Source of the DNA: an uncultured virus (IMG/VR IMGVR_UViG_3300044627_003678)
Taxonomy: Duplodnaviria > Heunggongvirae > Uroviricota > Caudoviricetes
Direction: 5' to 3' (one strand)
Virus record (IMG/VR): IMGVR_UViG_3300044627_003678
Length of the DNA: 20,000 bases
Part shown: in pieces, positions 8,430 to 16,702 of the stretch
Layout: every line of letters starts with the position of its first letter
Position numbering within the stretch: position 1 is the stretch's first letter
Notes under the pieces: generated by a model
Told to the model about the DNA's origin: nothing
Database searches by the model: none
Seen by the model: only the letters and a program-made list of their open reading frames with translations
Position numbers and translations under genes: made by a program

Positions 8430-11093
8430 ATGTCAACAGTAAGAATTCAAGTAAGACGAGGAACAGCATCAGAATGGACCTCAGCAAATCCTACATTAGC
8501 CGCAGGTGAAATGGGTGTTGAAACAGACACCAGAAAAATTAAAGTTGGAACTGGCAACACAGCATGGACTAGCCTTGCATACATTGCATCAGATGCACCA
8601 GGAATTACAGAAATTGCACAAGATGCAATCGACTCAGCACTTTCAATGGGAGCAGGTCTTACAAAATCTTACAATGATGGCACAAATACAATTTCTCTTA
8701 ATATTGACTCATCAGTTGTTGCACTTAAATCTTATGTCGATGATCAAATAACTGGATTAGACAACGCAGCAGCAGCAGATTATGTATTACTAGCAGATGT
8801 TGGTAACGCAGGCGGACCAGCAAAGTTAGATGTCGATGGAAACTTATTGGTTCCAAAATCAAGCATTATTTTAGAGGGATCATCTGCAGACGCATATGAA
8901 ACAACCCTTACAGTAACAAATCCTACAGAAGATCAAACAATTACATTTCCAAATGCTACAGGAACAGTAGCAGTATTTACAAGTTCTGGAGATTTAGTAG
9001 TTCCTGGAAATTTGACAGTTTCTGGAGATACAACAACATTAAATACTGCAGAACTTCTTGTAGAAGATAATGAAATTATTTTAAATTCAAATGTATCTAC
9101 TGGAGCTCCGACTCTTAGTGCTGCATTCTCTGTAAGACGAGGATCTTCACTACCAGCATTTATTCAATGGGATGAAGTAAATGATAAATGGGTAGCTAAT
9201 TATGGAGCAGCAAATTCAAAAGAATTAGCAATTCTAGATAATTTAGATTCATTACAAAGTACGCTAGAAAGCTTTACTACTGGAGCTGTTCAAACCCACG
9301 AATCAGATACTACAAATATTCATGGTATTGCAGACACATCTAAGCTTCTTACAACAGATGGAACACAAACCGTTACAAACAAAACTTTAAATTCCCCTAA
9401 AATTAATGAGGATGTGCCTTTAACAGCAAGCGCTACAGAGTTAAATATACTTTACGGTGCAACATTATCTACAACAGAACTTAATTATGTAGACGGCGTT
9501 ACATCTTCTATACAAACACAATTAAATAGTAAGGCGTCATCAACTGACTTATCTACACACGAATCTGATACAACTAATATTCATGGTATTGCAGATACAT
9601 CTTTATTGGCAACAAAAACATATGCAGATAGCGCTGTTTCAACCCACGAATCAGATACTACAAATATTCACGGTATTGCAGACACATCTGCTCTTGCTAC
9701 AAAAACATATGCAGATAGCGCTGTTTCAACCCACGAATCAGATACTACAAATATTCACGGTATTGCAGACACATCTGCTCTTGCTACAAAAACATATGCA
9801 GACAATGCTGTAACTCAAGAAGCAATCACCACGGCATCAAATCTAGGAACAGCAGTTTCCAATCACAATTCTGCAACTACATCTGTACACGGTATTGCAG
9901 ACACATCTGCTCTTGCTACAAAGACATATGTAGACGACGCAGACAATTTAAAGTCTAATATAGCAGGACCAACATTTACTGGTACCGTAACAATACCTAC
10001 GCTTTCAGTAACAACAACAGCAACAGGAATTACAGCAACAATGGTTGGATTAGGAAATGTTGATAATACATCTGACGCCAACAAACCAGTATCAACTGCT
10101 ACACAAACAGCTTTAGACGCTAAACTAGCACTTGCTGGTGGAACAATGACAGGAGCACTAACACTTTCAGGTGCACCTACGTCAGATCTCCACGCAGTAA
10201 CTAAACAGTATGTTGATGGACTTGCAGCTGGAATTAACTTTCATCAACCAGTAATTGCAGCAACTGCAGGAAACCTTGCTGGAACATATAACAATGGTAC
10301 TTCTGGAGTGGGAGCAACATTAACAAAAGCAACAAATGGATCTATAGGAACTATCGACGGAGCAGCAGTTGCTGTAGGAGATAGAATTCTTCTTCGTGCA
10401 CAAACTGATGCTAAAGAAAATGGTATTTACACAATTACCGCTGTAGGAGATGGTTCAAATCCTTGGCAAATTACTCGTGCAGCAGACAGCGATAATAGTC
10501 CTGCGGGAGAAGTTTCAACTGGAGACTTCGTATTCGTAACATCTGGCTCATCAAATGGTTCTAAAGGCTTCCTTGTTAGTACAACAGGAACAATTACAAT
10601 CGGAACTACAAATATTAGCTACGTACAGTTTAATGCTTCTGAGGCAGTAATTGCTGGCACAAACATTACAAAGGATGGTGCAACAATTGCAGTAGAAAAT
10701 GCACCAACATTCTCAGGAGTAATAACAGCATCTTCTGGAGTAGCATTTTCAGATGGTACCCAAACAAAAGAAGGCGTTCCTTCAAGAACTCCAATTATTT
10801 CAAAAACTGCAAACTACACATTATCTGAACTATCTGAAAGAGACTCATTAATAGAGGTAGATTCTACAAGCCCAGTAACAATAACAATCCCAACTAACTC
10901 AGCAGTTGCTTATCCAATTGGAACAACTCTAGATATACTTGGTACAAATACTGGCTTAATTACAATTGCAGGAGATACTGGGGTAACTGTAAATGCTACT
11001 CCTGGATTAAAATTACGTACTCAATGGTCATCATGTACATTATTCAAGAGAGCAACCAACTCTTGGGTAGTATACGGAGATCTTAAGGCATAA
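8430..11093 (+). CDS. Long tail fibre protein with an Mtd_N (major tropism determinant N-terminal)-like domain
   Basis: N-terminal RIQVRRGTASEWTSANPTLAAGEMGVETDTRKIKVGTG..W..L.Y, His-containing repeats, and the fibre motifs VGLGNVDNTSDANKPVSTATQTALD and GDRILLRAQTDAKENGIY. Ends in WVVYGDL. Confidence 0.8.
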   Translation: MSTVRIQVRRGTASEWTSANPTLAAGEMGVETDTRKIKVGTGNTAWTSLAYIASDAPGITEIAQDAIDSALSMGAGLTKSYNDGTNTISLNIDSSVVALKSYVDDQITGLDNAAAADYVLLADVGNAGGPAKLDVDGNLLVPKSSIILEGSSADAYETTLTVTNPTEDQTITFPNATGTVAVFTSSGDLVVPGNLTVSGDTTTLNTAELLVEDNEIILNSNVSTGAPTLSAAFSVRRGSSLPAFIQWDEVNDKWVANYGAANSKELAILDNLDSLQSTLESFTTGAVQTHESDTTNIHGIADTSKLLTTDGTQTVTNKTLNSPKINEDVPLTASATELNILYGATLSTTELNYVDGVTSSIQTQLNSKASSTDLSTHESDTTNIHGIADTSLLATKTYADSAVSTHESDTTNIHGIADTSALATKTYADSAVSTHESDTTNIHGIADTSALATKTYADNAVTQEAITTASNLGTAVSNHNSATTSVHGIADTSALATKTYVDDADNLKSNIAGPTFTGTVTIPTLSVTTTATGITATMVGLGNVDNTSDANKPVSTATQTALDAKLALAGGTMTGALTLSGAPTSDLHAVTKQYVDGLAAGINFHQPVIAATAGNLAGTYNNGTSGVGATLTKATNGSIGTIDGAAVAVGDRILLRAQTDAKENGIYTITAVGDGSNPWQITRAADSDNSPAGEVSTGDFVFVTSGSSNGSKGFLVSTTGTITIGTTNISYVQFNASEAVIAGTNITKDGATIAVENAPTFSGVITASSGVAFSDGTQTKEGVPSRTPIISKTANYTLSELSERDSLIEVDSTSPVTITIPTNSAVAYPIGTTLDILGTNTGLITIAGDTGVTVNATPGLKLRTQWSSCTLFKRATNSWVVYGDLKA
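9555..9815 (+). repeat. 87-bp (29-aa) tandem repeat, three copies, plus dispersed partial copies
   Basis: THESDTTNIHGIADTS(A/L)LATKTYAD(S/N)AV units start at 9555, 9642 and 9729. Partial copies lie at 9294 and ~9885. Confidence 0.9.
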
Positions 11094-11106
11094 GGAGATA
11101 TTATAA

Positions 11107-12468
11107 ATGAGCAAAAGATCTGGTAGAAAATCACAAGCGACAAACGATTTCTTAGAGCCGCAAAAACCAATAATTAATTCTGTTTCAGATGTAGGAACGG
11201 GAAGAGCATATAATAATGGATCCGCTATTATTTCTTTTGAATTGCCAGCAGGATCACCAGAAGCATCTTCTTTTACAGTAACTTCAAGTCCTACAGGATT
11301 GACAGTTAGTGGGTCGTCTTCTCCATTAACAATGACTGGACTAGCATCAAATACAAGTTATACATTTACAGTTTATGGAACTAATTCATACGGAAACTCT
11401 GTATCTTCAGACCCATCTTCATCTATATTGGTAACTACAGTACCGCAGGCACCAGTTTCTCCGTCAGTATCTTCTTCTGTAGCAAACAGAGATGATGTTA
11501 CATGGACTGCCCCAGAAACTGGCGGTAAAGCAATTTCATCATATACCGTTGTATCAAGTGATGGGCCATCATATGAAAATATTACAGTCACATCACGTAA
11601 TATTGACGAAACTGGTGGGCAGACACAAAGTTATACCGTTTATGCAATTAATGCTAATGGAACATCTACTGGTGCTTCCACGAACTCAGTAACTACTTTC
11701 TTTTCTCCACCGTCATTCTTTGCACCTCCAGGATTCTTTAGTCCTCCAGGATTCTTTAGTCCTCCAGGATTCTTTGCACCTCCAGGATTCTTTGCACCTC
11801 CAGGATTCTTTGCACCTCCAGGATTCTTTGCACCTCCAGGATTCTTTGCACCTCCAGGATTCTTTGCACCTCCAGGATTCTTTAGTCCTCCAGGATTCTT
11901 TAGTCCTCCAGGATTCTTTGCACCTCCAGGATTCTTTGCACCTCCAAGATTCTTTGGCCCACCATACTTTAGCAAATGCTTACATGATGACACGCCAGTA
12001 ACAGTTGTTGGTGAAAATGATTCTATTGAGTATAAATCAGCAAAAGATGTTCAAGAAGGTGACTGGATATGGGCAGTAGATATTCAAGAACTGCCAGCAG
12101 ATGAAGCTGCTTATTCATCATTATTTTGGTCAAGTCCAACAGCAACATTTGGAGAGCTGGTAAAAACAGAAGTTATTAATAAATATACTTCTCTAGCAGA
12201 AGAAACAATTATTATTAATAATGATCCTTCTTCTAGGTTTACAGCAGAGCATCCAATGTTTATTACTAGAAACGGACAAAATAGTTTTATTTTGGCTGGA
12301 TCAATTCAGGTTGGAGACATATTATCTAAACATGATTCGAACGGTAATATTATTTCAGAAGAAATTATATCTTTAGAGGTAATTACCGAAGAATGTACTG
12401 TTCATACCTTCAACGCAGAACCATATGATTTAATTTATGCCAATGGCATATTAACGCATAATAAATAA
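11107..12468 (+). CDS. FN3-FN3-(FFxPPG)15-Hint domain protein
   Basis: RBS AAGGAG. Two FN3-like units (LTMTGLASNTSYTFTVYGTNSYG and VTWTAPETGGKAISSYTV...YTVYAINANG), then the hexapeptide repeat, then a Hint domain with C291 (CLHDDTPV), block B TAEH and terminal YANGILTHN-K-stop. Confidence 0.88.
   Translation: MSKRSGRKSQATNDFLEPQKPIINSVSDVGTGRAYNNGSAIISFELPAGSPEASSFTVTSSPTGLTVSGSSSPLTMTGLASNTSYTFTVYGTNSYGNSVSSDPSSSILVTTVPQAPVSPSVSSSVANRDDVTWTAPETGGKAISSYTVVSSDGPSYENITVTSRNIDETGGQTQSYTVYAINANGTSTGASTNSVTTFFSPPSFFAPPGFFSPPGFFSPPGFFAPPGFFAPPGFFAPPGFFAPPGFFAPPGFFAPPGFFSPPGFFSPPGFFAPPGFFAPPRFFGPPYFSKCLHDDTPVTVVGENDSIEYKSAKDVQEGDWIWAVDIQELPADEAAYSSLFWSSPTATFGELVKTEVINKYTSLAEETIIINNDPSSRFTAEHPMFITRNGQNSFILAGSIQVGDILSKHDSNGNIISEEIISLEVITEECTVHTFNAEPYDLIYANGILTHNK
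11698..11967 (+). repeat. 18-bp coding tandem repeat, 15 units
   Basis: Unit TTCTTT(GCA/AGT)CCTCCAGGA. The order is FFSPPS, FFAPPG, 2x FFSPPG, 6x FFAPPG, 2x FFSPPG, FFAPPG, FFAPPR, FFGPPY. Confidence 0.97.
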
Positions 12469-12470
12469 CC

Positions 12471-12499
12471 TAGACATTTTTAGATTATTTTGCTATAAT
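12471..12499 (+). promoter_or_regulatory. Near-consensus sigma70/sigmaA promoter heading the oxygenase cluster
   Basis: TAGACA (12471-12476), a 17 bp spacer, then TATAAT (12494-12499), with TG at 12491-12492. Confidence 0.75.
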
Positions 12500-12525
12500 A
12501 AATAAACTAGTAGAAAGAATTTATT

Positions 12526-13143
12526 TTGCAAAAAATAGAAGTAGGATATGGTATTTGGCTGTATGAAAACGTATTTCCAGATTCTCTTAATTTAATTGAA
12601 AGAGTAGAGAGTACAATAAAACAAAGCAACGGAATATATTCCTGGAAAGAAGCAATGGTAGGATGGAAGAAAAAAATTCCAGAATATAGAAATTGTTTAG
12701 ATTTTAAAATTGCAAAATCCAATAATTTTTCTATTATAAAAAATAAAAGTAGTCTAGAATTACAATCTATTTGGCAGGACTCTTATAATGCTCAAAAGGA
12801 ATGTTTAGAAGACTATTCAAGTATGTATAATATTAAATTAAATTATTGGGAATCATTTAATTTTGTTAAATATACAGAGGGTCATCATTTTGAAGAGCAC
12901 TCAGATCACGGCGACGCATATGTTTGTACAGTTTCTGGAGTAGGTTATTTAAATGATAATTATGATGGTGGCGAATTATATTTTCCAAAATTAAACATAT
13001 ACATTAAACCAAAAGCTGGGCAATTATACTTATTCCCATCTTCTTTTATATATTCTCATAAATCGCTACCAATAAAATCTGGTACAAAATATTCGATAGT
13101 AACAATGTTTGATTATAACGATAAGCATCATAAAGGAGTATAA
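12526..13143 (+). CDS. 2OG-Fe(II) oxygenase, P4H-like (#1)
   Basis: HSD...YLNDNYDGGELYF...YSH...KYS gives an HxD..H triad plus a basic 2OG-binding residue. The TTG start is uncertain. Confidence 0.88.
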   Translation: MQKIEVGYGIWLYENVFPDSLNLIERVESTIKQSNGIYSWKEAMVGWKKKIPEYRNCLDFKIAKSNNFSIIKNKSSLELQSIWQDSYNAQKECLEDYSSMYNIKLNYWESFNFVKYTEGHHFEEHSDHGDAYVCTVSGVGYLNDNYDGGELYFPKLNIYIKPKAGQLYLFPSSFIYSHKSLPIKSGTKYSIVTMFDYNDKHHKGV

Positions 13144-13839
13144 ATGTTAGAAAATGCAGAATACTTAGCACCAGGAATTATGGTCTATAGAAATGTTTTT
13201 ACAGAGTCAATGAATTTAGTTGCAAGATTAGAAAATGAATTATCAAAAGAAAACAACCCATATAAATGGAAAACTGCAAAAACAGGATATAATCTAGAAG
13301 ATAAAAGATATAGAGATTGTGCCGATTTTAAAATAAAAAGTAATCCTAATGGATATTTGATGCTAGGCGGAGAAAGCGTCCCCCCAGAAAATAAAAAAGA
13401 AACTGAATATGCTTTAGAAAAAATTTGGGAAGATTCATACGTAGCACAGATAGATCCAGTTAAAGACTATAGCAAAATGTTTGGGCTTGCTCCTTTAAAT
13501 TATTGGGAATCCTTTAATTTTGTTAAATACGGAGAAGATCAACATTTCCAAGTTCATTCTGATCACGGATATTCTTATATCTGTGTGCTCTCATCAGTCG
13601 GATATATAAATGACGATTATGAAGGCGGAGAGTTATTTTTTGATAAATTTAATTTAAAAATTAAACCAAAGGCTGGCGATCTATACCTATTTCCTTCATC
13701 TTATATATATTCTCACGCAGCTATGCCAGTCACAAAAGGTGTTAAGTATTCTATAGTAACTATGTTAGACTATCTAGAAGCACCACATACTCCAGAATAT
13801 AGAGAAATAGAAAAAAAATATACAGAAAATTATGCATAG
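13144..13839 (+). CDS. 2OG-Fe(II) oxygenase, P4H-like (#2), paralog of #1
   Basis: HSD...YINDDYEGGELFF...YSH...KYS. RBS AAGGAG. Confidence 0.9.
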   Translation: MLENAEYLAPGIMVYRNVFTESMNLVARLENELSKENNPYKWKTAKTGYNLEDKRYRDCADFKIKSNPNGYLMLGGESVPPENKKETEYALEKIWEDSYVAQIDPVKDYSKMFGLAPLNYWESFNFVKYGEDQHFQVHSDHGYSYICVLSSVGYINDDYEGGELFFDKFNLKIKPKAGDLYLFPSSYIYSHAAMPVTKGVKYSIVTMLDYLEAPHTPEYREIEKKYTENYA

Positions 13840-14543
13840 TGTATAAAGTTACAGCCTATAAAAATAATAACTCTGCAAATATTTCTCAAATAAATATTAA
13901 AAGAGACTGGATGGACAATACAGTAGATGGTCATGCATATAAGTGTTTTCCAGTAACATTAGCAAATGGCTTAGGGTGGGGCCTTTCATTTCCAAAAGAT
14001 ATTTCTTTTGTATGGGACGGAATATCAGACACATCTGGAAATCATGTTAAAATATTAGAAGGCGAAGAATACTGCTATACAGAAAGAGCTAATGCAACAA
14101 TAAGTTTTAAAACTGGAATAGTATTTGAAACAGATAAAGATGTTAGTTTGTTACAAATGCCAGTTCCAAATATGTTTATAGATGGGGCACAAGCATTTAC
14201 TACAATTATAAGTACATCATTTTTTAAAGGAGAGTTTCCCTGTGCATTAAGAATTACTAAACCTTTTACAAAAATTACTATAAAAGCTAATCAACCATTT
14301 ATATCAATTGTTCCAATATCTTTATCATATTTACAAAACTCTATAATTGAAATTGACAATTATAAAAATATAAAAAATAATGTAGTTTTAAAAGAAGAAG
14401 AGCACGTTAAAATTGTTAAAGAAAAAACAGATAGCGGTAAGTGGACTAATTTTTACAGAGATGCAGTAAACTATAAAGGTCAAAAAATAGGAGAGCATGA
14501 AGTAAAAGCAATAAGACTTTATGTTAATAATAAAAATGAATAA
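13839..14543 (+). CDS. DUF6065-like protein
   Basis: RDWMD....HAYKCFPVTLANGLGW...FVWDG and a C-terminal W..FYRDA, which I recall as DUF6065-type. The GTG start overlaps the upstream TAG. No HxD..H motif. Confidence 0.65.
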   Translation: MYKVTAYKNNNSANISQINIKRDWMDNTVDGHAYKCFPVTLANGLGWGLSFPKDISFVWDGISDTSGNHVKILEGEEYCYTERANATISFKTGIVFETDKDVSLLQMPVPNMFIDGAQAFTTIISTSFFKGEFPCALRITKPFTKITIKANQPFISIVPISLSYLQNSIIEIDNYKNIKNNVVLKEEEHVKIVKEKTDSGKWTNFYRDAVNYKGQKIGEHEVKAIRLYVNNKNE

Positions 14544-15255
14544 AATTATTTTTCATTCTTCAAGGCCATATAACAAAGACTCAAAAGACTTTTTGCCAGT
14601 ACCAGCAAAATTAAGCATTCCCAATTGGTTTTCCCAAGCAAGTAAATATTGGAAAAACGATGATGGATCTTATGTAACTGATAATTTTGGAGAAAGAGGA
14701 CTTGGATTTAAGTCTTGCCCAGCGTTACTAGATTCATTTTCTTTAGGGTATCTTTTAAAAACTCCATGTGATTTAGCTTTTTACGAATATAAAGGTGAGA
14801 TATACGTAGAAACGCCAAAAGGATATGAAGAGTTTTGTGCAAGAAGAGAAAAAATGCCAGAGTTTGTGGTACCAAGTGGATATAGAGAAACTCATTTTCA
14901 TTGGTGGCCAAATTGGGCTATGGAGACCCCCAAAGGATATAGCTTATTAGTTTTAAATCCCCTTAATAGATTTGATTTACCATTTTTAACAACTAATGGT
15001 ATTATAGATAGTGATATGTATACTATATCTGGCCTTATTCCATTTTTTTTAAAAAATGATTTTGTCGGGTTAATTCCAAAAGGAACTCCGTATGCACAAG
15101 TAATTCCATTTAAAAGAGAGGATTGGTCGATGGATCCAGTCCTTCATGAAAAAAAAGAAATGGTAAAAAAACACGTTAAGACTGCTAAAAATTTTAGAGT
15201 AAAAGGCGGAGGAATTTATAAAAAAAATATTTGGGTACCAAAGGAATATAAATAG
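14536..15255 (+). CDS. Conserved phage protein, distantly DUF6065-like
   Basis: FKSCPALLDSFSLGYLLKTPCD...ETPKGYSLL..NPLNR...GIIDSD...IPKGTPYAQVIPFKREDW parallels the KCFP..A..LGW..P.D...IKANQPFISIVPI pattern of the preceding gene. Start is 14536 or 14521. Confidence 0.6.
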   Translation: MNKIIFHSSRPYNKDSKDFLPVPAKLSIPNWFSQASKYWKNDDGSYVTDNFGERGLGFKSCPALLDSFSLGYLLKTPCDLAFYEYKGEIYVETPKGYEEFCARREKMPEFVVPSGYRETHFHWWPNWAMETPKGYSLLVLNPLNRFDLPFLTTNGIIDSDMYTISGLIPFFLKNDFVGLIPKGTPYAQVIPFKREDWSMDPVLHEKKEMVKKHVKTAKNFRVKGGGIYKKNIWVPKEYK

Positions 15256-15264
15256 GAGGCACAT

Positions 15265-15984
15265 ATGTTTGAAAACGCTAAAGGAAAAGACATAATTCAA
15301 AATGTTGATTCTATAAACGATAATAAGTATATTAGAACAGCAAGGCAATCAATAACACCTTCTGGCTATTTCGGATCATCTTCAGATATGATACAAGAAA
15401 TAGAAAACTTTTTAACAAATGAAGAACAAGAATTTTTATTAAATTTTGCTAAAAATAATAAAATTTGGGATGTTACAGAATCCCATTATAATGAAAATGG
15501 AACAATAATTTATGATCATAGGGTATGGGAAAATAGAGTAGCCACACTTAATACTTTAATGAAAGCAAATCAAGATGTTGTTCTAATGCTAAGAAATATT
15601 ATAGATAGATTAAAACCTGTTATTGAATCATTTTATAATGTAGAGGCCATGTCTACCCACCCAGCTATTGTACGTTGGCCAAAAGGAACATATCAATTCC
15701 CCCATGCAGATAAAGAGTTACACGAGGGCCCAGACGCAGGAAAAGAAAATGACTTCCCATGGTACGATTTAGGAACAATATTTTATTTAAATGATGACTA
15801 TGAAGGCGGGGAGTTACATTTTCCAAAACAAAATATATCATTTAAACCAAAAGCTAGAGCAGCATATTTTTTCCCTGGAGATATGAATTATATTCACGGG
15901 GTTAATGTTGTTAAAGAAGGATGTAGATACACATCTCCTTGGTTTTGGACCATAACTAAATTAAAGGATGACAATAATGTATGA
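15265..15984 (+). CDS. 2OG-Fe(II) oxygenase, P4H-like (#3)
   Basis: HAD...YLNDDYEGGELHF...YIHGV...RYT. RBS AGGAGG. Confidence 0.9.
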   Translation: MFENAKGKDIIQNVDSINDNKYIRTARQSITPSGYFGSSSDMIQEIENFLTNEEQEFLLNFAKNNKIWDVTESHYNENGTIIYDHRVWENRVATLNTLMKANQDVVLMLRNIIDRLKPVIESFYNVEAMSTHPAIVRWPKGTYQFPHADKELHEGPDAGKENDFPWYDLGTIFYLNDDYEGGELHFPKQNISFKPKARAAYFFPGDMNYIHGVNVVKEGCRYTSPWFWTITKLKDDNNV

Positions 15985-16702
15985 TATAAAACAACATAAA
16001 GACGATGTTTTTACAATAGATAACTTTTTAAATGAAGACGAATGCAAAAGAATTATAGATTATTTAGAAATGTCTGTGCAGAATGATTACATAAAATGGA
16101 ATCAAATTTCTTTTTATGAATCGTATGCTATGGGTTTTTGGGAATATGATAATAATTTAATTCCGTTTGGTTTTGACCCAAAATATTTTCACAGCCTTAA
16201 AGAAAAAATAAAAAATGCTGGAGAAATTTGTTTTAACAATAAGCTGTCTGAAATTAGTTATCATGCACAAAAATGGACAGAAGGAGCATTTGCAGGATTT
16301 CATTCCGATAACTCTGATGAACACGGTAACCCTACAGCATTTCAAAGAAGTAAATATGCAATATTTTTATATTTAAATGATAATTTTGATGGTGGAAATT
16401 TAAATTTTGAACATTATCCAATTAATATAAAACCAAAAACTGGAATGATTTCAATATTTAAAGGTGGATATAAGAATGAGCACGAAGTAACTACAGTTAA
16501 AAATGGAGAGAGATATACTATTGGATCATTTTGGGACGATGCAGATGCAGTCTACACAGATGAAGAAAAAGCTAAATGGGAAGTGGAACTAAAGGGAATA
16601 AGATCAGAACAAGATTTAATGTATAAAAAATGGGAACAAGATAGACAAAATGGAATAATTCCAACATATAAGAGTAAATACGAAAAGGAGAAAAATGCAT
16701 GA
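15977..16702 (+). CDS. 2OG-Fe(II) oxygenase, P4H-like (#4)
   Basis: IDNFLNEDEC, then HSD...YLNDNFDGG...EHEV...RYT. AAGGA at 15964-15968 favours the ATG at 15977 over 15968. Confidence 0.88.
   Translation: MYDIKQHKDDVFTIDNFLNEDECKRIIDYLEMSVQNDYIKWNQISFYESYAMGFWEYDNNLIPFGFDPKYFHSLKEKIKNAGEICFNNKLSEISYHAQKWTEGAFAGFHSDNSDEHGNPTAFQRSKYAIFLYLNDNFDGGNLNFEHYPINIKPKTGMISIFKGGYKNEHEVTTVKNGERYTIGSFWDDADAVYTDEEKAKWEVELKGIRSEQDLMYKKWEQDRQNGIIPTYKSKYEKEKNA

Noticed and set aside
8430..11093. Diversity-generating retroelement target, suggested by the Mtd_N-like domain
   Set aside because: No reverse transcriptase and no TR/VR pair with adenine-specific mismatches was seen in the window.
11698..11967. 18-bp repeat as a CRISPR array
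   Set aside because: Units are contiguous with no unique spacers, stay in frame within a CDS, and no cas genes are present.
11640..12001. Alternative-frame repeat ORFs (GGAKNP on the - strand, LHLQDS on the + strand)
   Set aside because: These are by-products of a stop-free 18-bp repeat. Only the FFxPPG frame joins the FN3 and Hint domains.
11977..12462. Mobile intein with a homing endonuclease
   Set aside because: Too short, no LAGLIDADG or HNH motif, and the +1 residue is Lys followed by a stop.
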